Translations under genes and position numbers: made by a program
Notes under the pieces: model-generated
Told to the model about the DNA's origin: nothing
Databases searched by the model: none
Seen by the model: the letters and a program-made list of their open reading frames with translations, nothing else
Part shown: positions 44,965 through 54,411 of the stretch, one piece after another
Numbering within the stretch: position 1 is the stretch's first letter
How the letters are laid out: each line of letters begins with the position of its first letter
Virus record (IMG/VR): IMGVR_UViG_3300020045_002604
Coordinates: 1-61,521 of that record
Strand: one strand, 5' to 3'
DNA from: a virus
Taxonomy: Duplodnaviria; Caudoviricetes
Length of the DNA: 61,521 nucleotides

Positions 44965-46059
44965 TTACTTGGACCAGGCGGCGCGGGCGACGTTCTCCAC
45001 GTCCTTCTGATCGGACGCCGGAATGTTGCCGGTGAGTGCGATCTTGAGTACGTCATCGAACGACAGACCGGCGGCGAGCAGGATCGCACCACGCTGAGTG
45101 GCGCGAGGGCTGATCACGACGCGGAGTTGAAGCTCGTCCACGACACGCTTGCGCACCGCACGAACCACACCGAGCCACTTCTTGCCCTCAGCGGTCGTAC
45201 CGGCGAGTGACGCCTCAACCTTGTCATCGATGTTCCACTCAAGAGTGGCGAATCGGTCGAGCGTAGCCGCATCCAACTGGTTGCGACCGACGTACTGACG
45301 GCTTGCACCGTTGCCGTACGTGTTCGCCGTGGCGACCATGCGGAAGTCAGCGTGCGCCGACACCATGCCGTCCGGGAATGCCATCTGACCGTTGCTCAGC
45401 GCGGCGTTCAGCAGGATCAGGACGTTGCTGTTACCAGCATCCGCCTCGTCCAGCAGGAACAGCCCGCCGTGCTCGTACGCCTCGCGGAACTGTGTCCGCA
45501 CGTAGTCACCCGTGGCCGTCATGTACCCGGCCAGGTCCGACTTCGAGGTCTGCGAACCGACGCTGATCGCGTGGAAGTTGAGGCCCAGCGCGTCCGCGAC
45601 AGTCTCACTCGCGTGGGACTTACCCGTACCGGCAGGACCAACCAACAGCACGGCCTGACCGGCGTTGACGATCTTCAGCAGGTTCTCGAAGGCGTGGTGC
45701 TGGACACCCTTAAGGGGTTTTGAACCCTTAAGAGACTTGATTTCGATGGGCCGCACCGTGTTGGCCAAGGCCAGAACCTCGGCGTGGGTAGCCGCCAGAG
45801 CGGCCTCGACGCGCTCGCTGAGCGTCTTGTACTCTTCGGCGCTGAGCGACGTGAGGGTTTCCACGAACGCGGGCTTGAGGTTCTTAACAGCCAGGTCGGT
45901 GACCTGCTTGCCAAGTGCCTCCATCGTGTTCTGGTAGATGGTGACCTTGCCGTCCTCATCGACCTCGGCCTGAGCCACGGGCGTACCCTGGTCTTCGACC
46001 TGATCGATGTTCAGCAGACGGCGCATTTCGGACAGCGAAACTCGCTCCTGAGGCTTCAT
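44965..46059 (-). CDS. MoxR/CbbQ-type AAA+ ATPase
   Basis: GPAGTGKS, LLDEAD, ATANTYG, YVGRNQLDAATLDRF, SPRAT. Confidence 0.9.
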   Translation of the reverse strand: MKPQERVSLSEMRRLLNIDQVEDQGTPVAQAEVDEDGKVTIYQNTMEALGKQVTDLAVKNLKPAFVETLTSLSAEEYKTLSERVEAALAATHAEVLALANTVRPIEIKSLKGSKPLKGVQHHAFENLLKIVNAGQAVLLVGPAGTGKSHASETVADALGLNFHAISVGSQTSKSDLAGYMTATGDYVRTQFREAYEHGGLFLLDEADAGNSNVLILLNAALSNGQMAFPDGMVSAHADFRMVATANTYGNGASRQYVGRNQLDAATLDRFATLEWNIDDKVEASLAGTTAEGKKWLGVVRAVRKRVVDELQLRVVISPRATQRGAILLAAGLSFDDVLKIALTGNIPASDQKDVENVARAAWSK

Positions 46060-46144
46060 ATGTTTACTCTTTTCTGTGCTAGTTGGCTGGTGTGAAATTG
46101 TAGTGTGTGCCGCTTGGTATATTTAAAGCTTAACAGAATTAAGC

Positions 46145-46561
46145 TCAAAAGTCAAACGGTTTTCCCGGATTTTTTCCTCGCGGTGAGCGCATGTTTGCCA
46201 CCGATGTGGCGGCGAGAAGCGCGAGTACTCGGCGTGCCGTCGCGGGGTCGCTCATCAGCGTGTCGAGCGCCTTGTTCCACTGTACGATGTTGCTCTCGGT
46301 CGGGTTCATACTCACCGTTGCGTACAACTTGAGCAGGTCCACCGCATCCGTCGTCGGAGTGTTGAAGTCGCCGCCGATCAGTCGAGTGTAAATCTCGTCC
46401 GCGTTGGTGAGTGGTTCCTCGTTGTCACCGTACACCTTGTTGCCCAGGGCAGACTTGAGGTCATCCTGGCTCGAAGCGTTCGGGCTGAACATGGAGTCGT
46501 AGGTGAACTTCGGCTTGGCTTTCTTCTTGGGCTGTTCGGGCTCACCGAATTTCTTAACCAT
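46145..46561 (-). CDS. Hypothetical protein
   Basis: MVKKFGEP start after RBS. Confidence 0.65.
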   Translation of the reverse strand: MVKKFGEPEQPKKKAKPKFTYDSMFSPNASSQDDLKSALGNKVYGDNEEPLTNADEIYTRLIGGDFNTPTTDAVDLLKLYATVSMNPTESNIVQWNKALDTLMSDPATARRVLALLAATSVANMRSPRGKNPGKPFDF

Positions 46562-46565
46562 TAAA

Positions 46566-46892
46566 TCACGCGCCTTCCGCGGTTGTGGGTTCGATGTAGT
46601 TGTGCTCACCGATGCCGAACAGCGCTTCCTCAACCGTCAGAGCGCGGGTGGCGAGGTACAGTACAGCAGGGTGGATCGCGGCGTCCACATCGGATGCGAC
46701 GACGTGTGTCTCTTCGTACACAGTGGCGCCGTCAGTGATACGCAGGGCTTCCACGATGACGTGATCGATTTCGTAGAGTTCCGTCGCGCCGGTCTTACGG
46801 CAGACGGTCGGATCGATCTTCACCAGAAACGACTCGCGCTTCATGGTCGGCGTGTTCTGCACACCGATAGTCTTAACAATCTCATAGGTCAT
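46566..46892 (-). CDS. Hypothetical protein
   Basis: ORF in operon. Confidence 0.65.
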   Translation of the reverse strand: MTYEIVKTIGVQNTPTMKRESFLVKIDPTVCRKTGATELYEIDHVIVEALRITDGATVYEETHVVASDVDAAIHPAVLYLATRALTVEEALFGIGEHNYIEPTTAEGA

Positions 46893-46897
46893 AATTT

Positions 46898-47149
46898 TTA
46901 CCCTTCTCTGGTCCGCCGTGCCGAGAGTACCAGGATCAATCCCAGCATTTCCGCGTCGTCCGGGGTGATATGTCCCCAGACAGTACTACCGTTAGCGCCG
47001 TAGCTGTCAAACCACACTACTTTTGCGCGTCGCTGTGGCTGAATGATCACGCGTGTCAGTGTTCTGGTGGTCGGCTCGTTGCTGATTTCATTCTTGAACT
47101 GGGTAAGGCTGAACCCTCCACCGTAGTCGTCGTAGTTGTCAACTTTCAT
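46898..47149 (-). CDS. Hypothetical protein
   Basis: ORF in operon. Confidence 0.6.
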   Translation of the reverse strand: MKVDNYDDYGGGFSLTQFKNEISNEPTTRTLTRVIIQPQRRAKVVWFDSYGANGSTVWGHITPDDAEMLGLILVLSARRTREG

Positions 47150-47357
47150 CCCAGGGCACCTGACCTCGAATCATTGCCAACTTGAACTGTAGGATCGTGA
47201 TGAGGTCTTCGACCTCCCGCTCGTCCATGTCGGTGTTCTTCTTGCTGTAGGAGCCGTCCTGCCCCATGCTCAACCGCACTCGCTTGAGTGTGTTCTGCTG
47301 GGTCACTGTTACGTCTACCTGCGTCTTACCCTTTCGGGACTGAGGAAGTCTCGTCAT
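47139..47357 (-). CDS. Hypothetical protein
   Basis: AATTAAGGATTAAG start motif. Confidence 0.65.
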   Translation of the reverse strand: MTRLPQSRKGKTQVDVTVTQQNTLKRVRLSMGQDGSYSKKNTDMDEREVEDLITILQFKLAMIRGQVPWDES

Positions 47358-47368
47358 TTTCTTAATCC

Positions 47369-47881
47369 TTAATTCTTGTTCTTGAAGTGAGCCCGGATGC
47401 TGACGATGATTTCCTTGTACAGATCACGGCGAGCGCGGGTGTGCTCTTCCCACTCTTCGGGAATGTCCGGGAACCCGTTGTCCACGGTGACGTAATACTC
47501 TTCGTCATCCGGGAAGATGACATGTGCGGTGTCGGAGTCGTCCAGCCACTCGATGCGGTAGGGCGGCCCGTCCTCAACGGGCGTCTGCTCTTCGGCGGGC
47601 GTTGCGGGCTTCACCGGGATGAATCCCTCCGGCCCCGCCTGATAGGCACGGATCATTTCGTAGATGAAGGTGCGGTTCTGCACCCCGATGATCACCCCAA
47701 TTTCGGACACGGTGAGACCGCGCTGAGTGCGGGCCTGGACAATGACACGACCGAGACTGTACTTCCAGGGAAGCAGAATGCTCTCCAACTCTTCCTTTTG
47801 GGTCGCCTTGACCTCTTCGCGCTTGTCCTTGTACTGATCGATGACGGCGATGAGTGCCGCGTTGCTGATCTGCTCGGTCAT
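47369..47881 (-). CDS. HTH-containing protein
   Basis: GLTVSEIGVIIGVQNRTFIYE. Confidence 0.65.
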   Translation of the reverse strand: MTEQISNAALIAVIDQYKDKREEVKATQKEELESILLPWKYSLGRVIVQARTQRGLTVSEIGVIIGVQNRTFIYEMIRAYQAGPEGFIPVKPATPAEEQTPVEDGPPYRIEWLDDSDTAHVIFPDDEEYYVTVDNGFPDIPEEWEEHTRARRDLYKEIIVSIRAHFKNKN

Positions 47882-47918
47882 ATCTTAACTCCTAAAAATT
47901 TCGGTTTCGGTGTTCTTA

Positions 47919-48110
47919 CTAGGGCTGTACGGGCTTGTTCTGGTCGAACACGATGTTGATCAGGCCAATGCGGTCGTCCACAAAGACCTCGCTGATGCGG
48001 AACACCTGTAGTACCAGACCGTCCTGGCCAACCAGCGCCACGTCGAACGTCACGTCCGGTGCCGCGCTCTCGGCCTGGTGGATCACGTTGTGTAGCGTGC
48101 TGAGTCTCAT
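47919..48110 (-). CDS. Hypothetical protein
   Basis: RBS GGAGG; ATGA overlap. Confidence 0.55.
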   Translation of the reverse strand: MRLSTLHNVIHQAESAAPDVTFDVALVGQDGLVLQVFRISEVFVDDRIGLINIVFDQNKPVQP

Positions 48111-48370
48111 ACTTCCCTCCAATAGTAAGTTGGGGCGCTCTTGTGGAAACGTTCGTATCGCTCCTCGTCGGCAAGCATGTCGGCAAGCTCGCCGTAGGTG
48201 GTCATTTTGAACCATGCTACTACGTCGAGTTCGGTGTCGTAAATGCCCGCCGTGGGTTTCGTTCCACGCTCGGGCAGTGTGTAGCCGGGATCGGGCAGGA
48301 CGACGACGTAGCGCTTGCGTTCGTACTTTGGCCTAGTGGCCTCGAAATAAGACTTAAGTTCAGTCGGCAT
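48107..48370 (-). CDS. Hypothetical protein
   Basis: RBS GGAGG. Confidence 0.6.
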   Translation of the reverse strand: MPTELKSYFEATRPKYERKRYVVVLPDPGYTLPERGTKPTAGIYDTELDVVAWFKMTTYGELADMLADEERYERFHKSAPTYYWREV

Positions 48371-48596
48371 CCCATACCTCCCAGTATGCTTCCTCGTATG
48401 CGGTGATGAGTTCGGGCGCCTGCTCTGTGCGGAGCTTTTCGCCCGTCACTTTCCACAGTAGCGTGCGCTCGTCCTCTTCGTCTGTGATGGGGTCGCTGGG
48501 GAACAGCACGTCGAGGTTCTGCTCTGCTTTGGCGTGCCGTTCTCCCATTGCGCGGGCGCTTTCCAGGTGCGCCGGGGTGCTCTCAAACGCACTCAT
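48360..48596 (-). CDS. Hypothetical protein
   Basis: ATGA overlap. Confidence 0.6.
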   Translation of the reverse strand: MSAFESTPAHLESARAMGERHAKAEQNLDVLFPSDPITDEEDERTLLWKVTGEKLRTEQAPELITAYEEAYWEVWDAD

Positions 48597-48856
48597 CCCA
48601 GGTACTCTCCGGCGATGACGCAAATCTGCTGACCGTTTGCGCGCTCTGCCACGCCCACAGCGGTCAGCGCCAGTTCGATGCCGTTACCCGACCGGAACGA
48701 CCCGTAGTAGGTCACCACCGGCAGGTCGGGGTCCATTTCCTGCAACGCCGCGATCACGTCCCGCACCGGGATCACGTCATCCTGCTGGTACTTTCGTGCG
48801 GTGGGCGCTGGGTCGGCAGGTGCGGTCGCGGGCTGGTGCTCGAACTTGTTAACCAT
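48593..48856 (-). CDS. Hypothetical protein
   Basis: VRDVIAALQEMDPDLPVV motif. Confidence 0.6.
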   Translation of the reverse strand: MVNKFEHQPATAPADPAPTARKYQQDDVIPVRDVIAALQEMDPDLPVVTYYGSFRSGNGIELALTAVGVAERANGQQICVIAGEYLG

Positions 48857-48902
48857 GATGGTGTCTCGCTTTCTAAGTGTTAAAGTTACCTCGTATGGAT
48901 AC

Positions 48903-48931
48903 AACATACCAGGTCAATCTGTGCTTGTCAA
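48903..48931 (-). promoter_or_regulatory. SigA-type promoter
   Basis: TTGACA-17-TATGTT. Confidence 0.75.
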
Positions 48932-49733
48932 CGGGCTAATAATGAGGGTGGAATGAGGGTCAACATACCCCCGGGGGTATACCCACCTACCTGGGAGTTA
49001 CCTGTGAGCGGACGATTTTGCGCTCATTTTTGACCTGATTTCGTATGGCGTATGCATAATATATAATCCAAAAACGTGATTTTGTCAAGGACTGTATGAG
49101 CATACAGTACTTGAGTTGTCAAGGACGATTATTAAATACTCGTACCGTTTTGAGTGGGTCGGGAGGGGTTTTCTGTGAGTTGGCTGTGAGAAATGGTGCT
49201 TGGGAGGGGTCGAAATGGGTGAGTATGGAAAATGAAGTACATCAAAATCAACGAAACGTGAATAACAGTTGTGCAGGGGGTCCGGGCTTCTTTATATAAG
49301 ACTACTGAATTATTAATTATGCATACGTTGTACCATTTTTGGTTATATATAGAGAGGGGGGTAGGTGCACAAGTGTTATGCAATCGGCTTGGCTTGATAG
49401 TGGCCTGCGTTACAGTCGTCGGGGCGCTCAGCGATGTTGATTTTTAGACGTTAAGATGGTAGGGTGGAAGTCGGTGACAGTGTGGCCTGCGTGGCACGTC
49501 GCTTCACCGTGAAGTGAAACCCGGGATTGCACGGACAGTCGTACTCGACGTGAGTGTCTGCGATGCTCGGGAACTTGAGCGCGGCCCGGTCGTTGACCAT
49601 ACGCCAGCCGTGGGTTTCGTGAGTGTTCAGGAACTCACCGAGTCGTCGCTTGGTAGCAGGAATCGGGGCAGGGTTGGGCGTAATCGGGACCGGGACCGGG
49701 CTGGGCGTAATCGGAACGGAAGGAATGAGAGAC

Positions 49734-49973
49734 ATGGCGGTAGAGGTAGTCCTTTGTATCGAGTGTGGTGAGGTACCAGCGTGGAGTCGTGGGCTGTGTA
49801 ATACATGTTACAGCCGGGCCAGACGGAGTGGGACTCTGAGTGAATATCCAAGCAATACTTTCTTGAACGACCCAGAGTCCCACGCCAGGTGGCTGTTTGG
49901 TATGGGCAACGAGGGGATTCTGCTTTTGGCTGATATCGCCGTCGAGTTTGGTTATCGACTTGTTAAGTCTTAA
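49734..49973 (+). CDS. Small Zn-finger-like protein
   Basis: CIEC...RGLCNTCY; RBS GAAGGA. Confidence 0.55.
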   Translation: MAVEVVLCIECGEVPAWSRGLCNTCYSRARRSGTLSEYPSNTFLNDPESHARWLFGMGNEGILLLADIAVEFGYRLVKS

Positions 49974-50001
49974 AACCTGCGGGGCTCAGTGCCTCAGTGG
50001 C

Positions 50002-50412
50002 TCAGAGCCGGATTTCCTGCTTGTTACGGATATCCCAGATCGCCTTCTCACCGATTGCTTCGGCTTCGGCCAGTGCCCCGCTGAGGTCCTGGTAGTGCAT
50101 GGAGATATCCACGTACCAGTCGAGCGTTTCGTCCAGCCACAGGCCAAGGTAGTACCTCTCAGGGTACTTTGTGAATCCGCCCGGGATGAAGAACATGGGC
50201 AGTTCGGTGTCCAGCGCATCCGGCGAGTACCGGCTGTCAATCACAGCGATGTTGTAGACACCGACAAAGTAACCGTCGGTAGGCAGGTTGATCGGTGCCC
50301 ACTCCTGTCGCCAGTCGCCCGTTTCCGAGTTGTGGAACGTCGTCCGCTTGAGCGTGCCGCCACCCTGGTTCTTGATTTCGTTAAGGTAGCCCGGTGCGAT
50401 GTAGATGCTCAT
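50002..50412 (-). CDS. Hypothetical protein
   Basis: GGGT...YLGLW...YVDIS...EKAIWD. Confidence 0.7.
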   Translation of the reverse strand: MSIYIAPGYLNEIKNQGGGTLKRTTFHNSETGDWRQEWAPINLPTDGYFVGVYNIAVIDSRYSPDALDTELPMFFIPGGFTKYPERYYLGLWLDETLDWYVDISMHYQDLSGALAEAEAIGEKAIWDIRNKQEIRL

Positions 50413-50483
50413 GATTTGTCTGGCCTTCCTGGTTTCTGGTTTGATTTCTGGCTTGGCTAGCGAGGATTTTAGTTATTAAGATA

Positions 50484-50512
50484 ATCGTAAGGTAAATCCC
50501 AGCCATTGTCAA
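50484..50512 (-). promoter_or_regulatory. SigA-type promoter
   Basis: TTGACA-17-TACGAT. Confidence 0.8.
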
Positions 50513-50560
50513 GGACATTACCGTGAGAGTTATCAGGATCAGTACGAACATGGGTTGCGA

Positions 50561-50908
50561 TCAGTAGATCGACTCATACCCCATTTCGATACGTTCGCCG
50601 TTTTCCCATCGGTAGGTGTGGATAGTGTGCCCAGCGCTGATGAAGGGGTCGCTGAGCCATTCCTTCCGCTTGGCATCGATTGCTTCGATGTTGGTGGACA
50701 CGAAAGTCTCACAGATTTCCCAAACCGAGTACCAGCGGATTTCGTAGGCGATATCCGTCGTGGAGATTACTGTATCCTGGTCCTGGTCTGCCCGGTCGGC
50801 TTCGATTGCTTCTGCGATCACGTCGAGCAGGTCGCCCCAATCTTCCGGCATCTGCTCACTCAGTTTGGCGGTCGCGATCTGCTCCGCGATCTGCTCGGAG
50901 GTTTTCAC
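50561..50908 (-). CDS. Hypothetical protein
   Basis: GTGA overlap; AIEADRA motif. Confidence 0.6.
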   Translation of the reverse strand: MKTSEQIAEQIATAKLSEQMPEDWGDLLDVIAEAIEADRADQDQDTVISTTDIAYEIRWYSVWEICETFVSTNIEAIDAKRKEWLSDPFISAGHTIHTYRWENGERIEMGYESIY

Positions 50909-51087
50909 AGCGAGTACCCCCGTCCCGTCGAGAGGTCCACCACGACCAGCGTCTTGTAGGTGAACGCCGGGTGCTTCTGCAAGTTTCGGCCCTCCCACTT
51001 CGAGGTTTCGAGGTTGTGGCTCACCGTGCCGAGCATGATAAGTTCACGCTTCGGGTCGTCGTCGTTGTAGTATGCGAGTTCGAACAT
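50905..51087 (-). CDS. Hypothetical protein
   Basis: Start-associated motif upstream. Confidence 0.6.
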   Translation of the reverse strand: MFELAYYNDDDPKRELIMLGTVSHNLETSKWEGRNLQKHPAFTYKTLVVVDLSTGRGYSL

Positions 51088-51154
51088 TTTTCTAATCCTT
51101 AATTTTTCGGTGTGGCTTGGATGGACGGGGAGGGGAGGGGATGGGATGGGTTGG

Positions 51155-51358
51155 CTAGAAAACGGTGATGCCGACACCGTAGGCGATCAGTGCACAGAAC
51201 GCTACCAGTAGGATCGACACAACGGTACCGACACCGATGGAGATAAAGAATGCGATCAGCACATCTTCGAGGTCACCACTACAGGCGTATTCCCGGATTG
51301 CGATGATCACCGCGAAGATAAACGTCACGATGAGGAAGAAAGACAATACAGTGAACAT
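51155..51358 (-). CDS. Small two-TM membrane protein
   Basis: Two hydrophobic helices. Confidence 0.65.
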   Translation of the reverse strand: MFTVLSFFLIVTFIFAVIIAIREYACSGDLEDVLIAFFISIGVGTVVSILLVAFCALIAYGVGITVF

Positions 51359-51361
51359 GAA

Positions 51362-51682
51362 TCAGGACCAGGCGTAGGAATCCTGGCGGTGATCCGCGAA
51401 AACGGCGTCGTCGTAGGCATCCGGGTTCTCGGTGATTGCCCGCATCAGTCGGCGGTCGTGGTTCCGACGACGGCGAGTCTGGGTCCGCTCCGCGAACTTC
51501 CGGTACTCATCCCGAGCGATGTGACGCTTGGCGTCCTGCCACTCCGAGTCGTGGGCGGTGTAGTCGTACGCCCAGTATTCCATCGGGATGTACGCCAGTT
51601 CCCCGACGAAGTGGGAAACGTCCGGGACGTTGCGACCGTAGTCGGTCGTGTGGAACGGGGCGTGAGCGTCGGTGTGAGCCAT
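51362..51682 (-). CDS. Hypothetical protein
   Basis: Start-associated motif upstream. Confidence 0.7.
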   Translation of the reverse strand: MAHTDAHAPFHTTDYGRNVPDVSHFVGELAYIPMEYWAYDYTAHDSEWQDAKRHIARDEYRKFAERTQTRRRRNHDRRLMRAITENPDAYDDAVFADHRQDSYAWS

Positions 51683-51700
51683 TTTTGTAATCCTTAATTT

Positions 51701-51762
51701 TCGGTGTTCGTTGTGGCTGGTTCGGTGTTCGTTGTGGCTGGTTCGGTGTTCGTTGTGGCTGG
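51701..51762. repeat. 21-bp tandem repeat x3
   Basis: TCGGTGTTCGTTGTGGCTGGT. Confidence 0.9.
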
Positions 51763-51808
51763 GTGGACGGGCGGGCGGATGATTTTTATTTATTAAGTTA
51801 TGGGTAAA

Positions 51809-51838
51809 ACACTACACCGGGCACAGGGATGCTGTCAA
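51809..51838 (-). promoter_or_regulatory. SigA-type promoter
   Basis: TTGACA-18-TAGTGT. Confidence 0.6.
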
Positions 51839-51925
51839 GTGGGGCAGTCCATCGACCTATGCCCGGCGTACTTGTGTTTAGATGCGTTATTGGCTTTCGG
51901 CTGTGATTTTGGTTTTCGGTTGTGG

Positions 51926-52204
51926 TTACAGCAAACCGTCGAAGATTCCCTGAGCGACGATCTGGTCACGCGTCGGGACGATCCCACGGTTGTCCGCGAT
52001 GCACCGGTCCAGGGCGTTGTGCATGGCGGCGTACGTTGCCCGGTCGTATCCCGGGAACATGGACACCACGTATCCGGCGCGCTGGTCCGCCACGTCGCGA
52101 CCGTTCACCGCGTACTTGACCTTACGGGAACGGATCATCCCCTTGACGCGGAGCGGACGGGTGGGGACCTTCTGGGTGTCCTTGGTGCGGGGCTGGTTCG
52201 ACAT
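51926..52204 (-). CDS. Hypothetical basic protein
   Basis: Start-associated motif upstream. Confidence 0.7.
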   Translation of the reverse strand: MSNQPRTKDTQKVPTRPLRVKGMIRSRKVKYAVNGRDVADQRAGYVVSMFPGYDRATYAAMHNALDRCIADNRGIVPTRDQIVAQGIFDGLL

Positions 52205-52229
52205 TTCTAATCCTTAATTTTTCGGTGTC

Positions 52230-52269
52230 GGATGGATGGATGGATGGATGGATGGATGGATGGATGGAT
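52230..52269. repeat. (GGAT)10 microsatellite
   Basis: Directly visible. Confidence 0.95.
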
Positions 52270-52553
52270 CAGTTGTGGAGCAGAGTCCACCGGGTGTAGG
52301 CCAGGGCGAGGAACGGGTTACCCGTCGGGTTGATCGAAGACGTGTAGTCCGGCCCGTGGTTAGAGTACCGCACGATGAACGTGGTCGTGCCGAGGGTTTC
52401 CTCGTCGTCGTGGACGTACAGATCGACAAAACCGTCCGTGTCGTCCTGCTTGGGGTCCGGCGTTCCACGGTAGAACGATCCCACGAAAACGCACTTGTCG
52501 CAATCGTGGGTGTGGCGCGGCGTAGTCGGCTCAGTGAATGCGGGAATCGACAT
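52269..52553 (-). CDS. Hypothetical protein
   Basis: HDCDKCVFVG...DLY...RYSNHGPDYTS. Confidence 0.7.
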   Translation of the reverse strand: MSIPAFTEPTTPRHTHDCDKCVFVGSFYRGTPDPKQDDTDGFVDLYVHDDEETLGTTTFIVRYSNHGPDYTSSINPTGNPFLALAYTRWTLLHN

Positions 52554-52674
52554 TTCTAATCCTTAAGTTTCGGTGTAGCTCGGTGTGGGCGGATGATGGA
52601 TCAACCATGACCGGCGACACTTAAGGTTTTAAGGCTTAAGTGTCACCGGCCAAAGCGGGTCCAGCGTGGGGCGA

Positions 52675-53286
52675 TCAGGACCAGGACTCAGCCGTGACCG
52701 TGATCGACGCGATCAGTCGGAGCGCTTCGGTCACGTCCTCGTCCGACAGTTCGACTTCGAGGGCCAGGGTGTCAGCGGCACGCAGGGCGGACAGGAAACG
52801 CTGGGCGGGCGTCTGTCCCTTGGACTCCGGCTTCTCGGCGTCGAGGTCGATCAGCGCGGTCAGGTACTCCACGATCACGGCGCGGCGCTTGTCCTCGTCG
52901 TCGTACTCGGTGAGGGTTCCCAGCGCGACCTTGATCGCGTCAGCGACCTTCTTCTTAAGGTGCTTGGCCCGCGCCGACTCCACCAGCCCGACGACACCGA
53001 GGATCGCACCGTCGCGGGTGTTGGCCGATGACGGGACGGGCAGACCCGTGCTGACGTACAGGTCGAACGACGTTGCCGCGTTAGAAACGGTCGAGGACGA
53101 GAAGTTGTCGAGGATGATCCCGTGCTCGGTTGCGTAGGCCACTCCCGCGGTGTGCACGACGTGGGCGGGCAGTTTCTTGCCATCTTCGGTGTCGCGCTGA
53201 GCGATGCCGATACTCAGGACGCGGCGGGCGATAGCCGAACCCGTAATCTTGTAGGCCGCGGCGACGTTCTCGATTGCAGTGGACAT
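52675..53286 (-). CDS. Hypothetical protein (first gene of early operon)
   Basis: 203-aa ORF with strong G/C third-position bias. Confidence 0.75.
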   Translation of the reverse strand: MSTAIENVAAAYKITGSAIARRVLSIGIAQRDTEDGKKLPAHVVHTAGVAYATEHGIILDNFSSSTVSNAATSFDLYVSTGLPVPSSANTRDGAILGVVGLVESARAKHLKKKVADAIKVALGTLTEYDDEDKRRAVIVEYLTALIDLDAEKPESKGQTPAQRFLSALRAADTLALEVELSDEDVTEALRLIASITVTAESWS

Positions 53287-53307
53287 GATTGTCTCGATTC
53301 TGTGAAT

Positions 53308-53336
53308 GGTTGGTTGGTTGGTTGGTTGGTTGGTTG
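53308..53336. repeat. (GGTT)7 microsatellite
   Basis: Directly visible. Confidence 0.95.
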
Positions 53337-53359
53337 CACTTAAGTTTTAAGACTTAAGC

Positions 53360-53950
53360 GCTGGTGTCGGTTGACACTAGACAACCTAGGTTTAGGTTTA
53401 CGCTATCCCGCTATGGTTCGGCAAATTGCCCCTATAGCACTCTAAGGGTGTGCGACTAATCCTAGGCTGAAACTATCAACCGGTTTATTAGTTAATGTCT
53501 GACCTTGTAAGGTATCTAGGATTGTGGCCTATTACCGGCCCCTCATTCTGCCATTACAGCGGAATTTACTTATTAAAGTCTGGCTGTCCTAGTAGTGCTA
53601 TCGGGAGACTGTCACTCATCCCGTTATAGGTATTACGTTCCGATTGTCCGTTACTCAATCAATCGGCAGACATTAACTAGCGCGTAACCATAAGTCATCC
53701 CTATGGCGGACGGTATGCGTCCCGCGTCCCCTATGTAATTGGTAGGCCCGGTGTTTGCGGGCCAAGTGTTCTAGCGGGGCTTACATGTATCTGTATCTGC
53801 CCTATTCGGATGCGTTCCCTCAGACTGTTACTAGCGTATTCGCCGTCCTGGCCGGATAGGATCGGCCCGCCTAAGCGGGGTGCCTATCTCGCATCCTGTA
53901 GTGTTCGCGGCCCCGGTCAGTTGCCCCGGTCCCGCTTGCCCTACAACTGA
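53360..53950 (-). ncRNA. Putative large structured RNA/leader
   Basis: No credible ORF; dense hairpins; 13-bp helix 53489-53501/53667-53679 crosses helix 53458-65/53516-23; strand inferred from operon direction. Confidence 0.55.
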
Positions 53951-54411
53951 AAAACTATCCCATATCGGGGGGCAGGGGAACCACTTAAGGCCTAAAACGG
54001 CATTCTGTTATCATCCTGTGACCAAACGTTCGAAGAATAGGCCGATGTTCGAATGTTCTGCGCTGTGAGGGTCAATAGGAGGGGGTGAGTGTAGTACGTA
54101 TGTTCGAAAAACCGTGCCAGCAACCGATATAAGCAAATAGCTAATCAGCCTAGGGTAGACACGCATGCCGGTCATGTGGTATATGCACGTGCCTAGGTGT
54201 GTCTCTCGCGTAGCGCGCGCCCGACGTAGCGCTACGTCACAGTGAGGGAACCGCATGCATGCGTACGCGTGTGGGGCATATGGGATGAAACATGCCCTGG
54301 TAAGCCCTAGGTGCCCCGTAGGCGACCGTATATGGGCAGGGTGGCATGCTGGTATGGGTAGGCCAATTCTAAGGGCTTAGCAAGCGCTTTCCCGTGGGGC
54401 AGTGTGACATG

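Noticed and set aside
54025-54110. LexA SOS boxes
   Set aside because: Only GTTCGAA half-sites; no full GAAC-N4-GTTC
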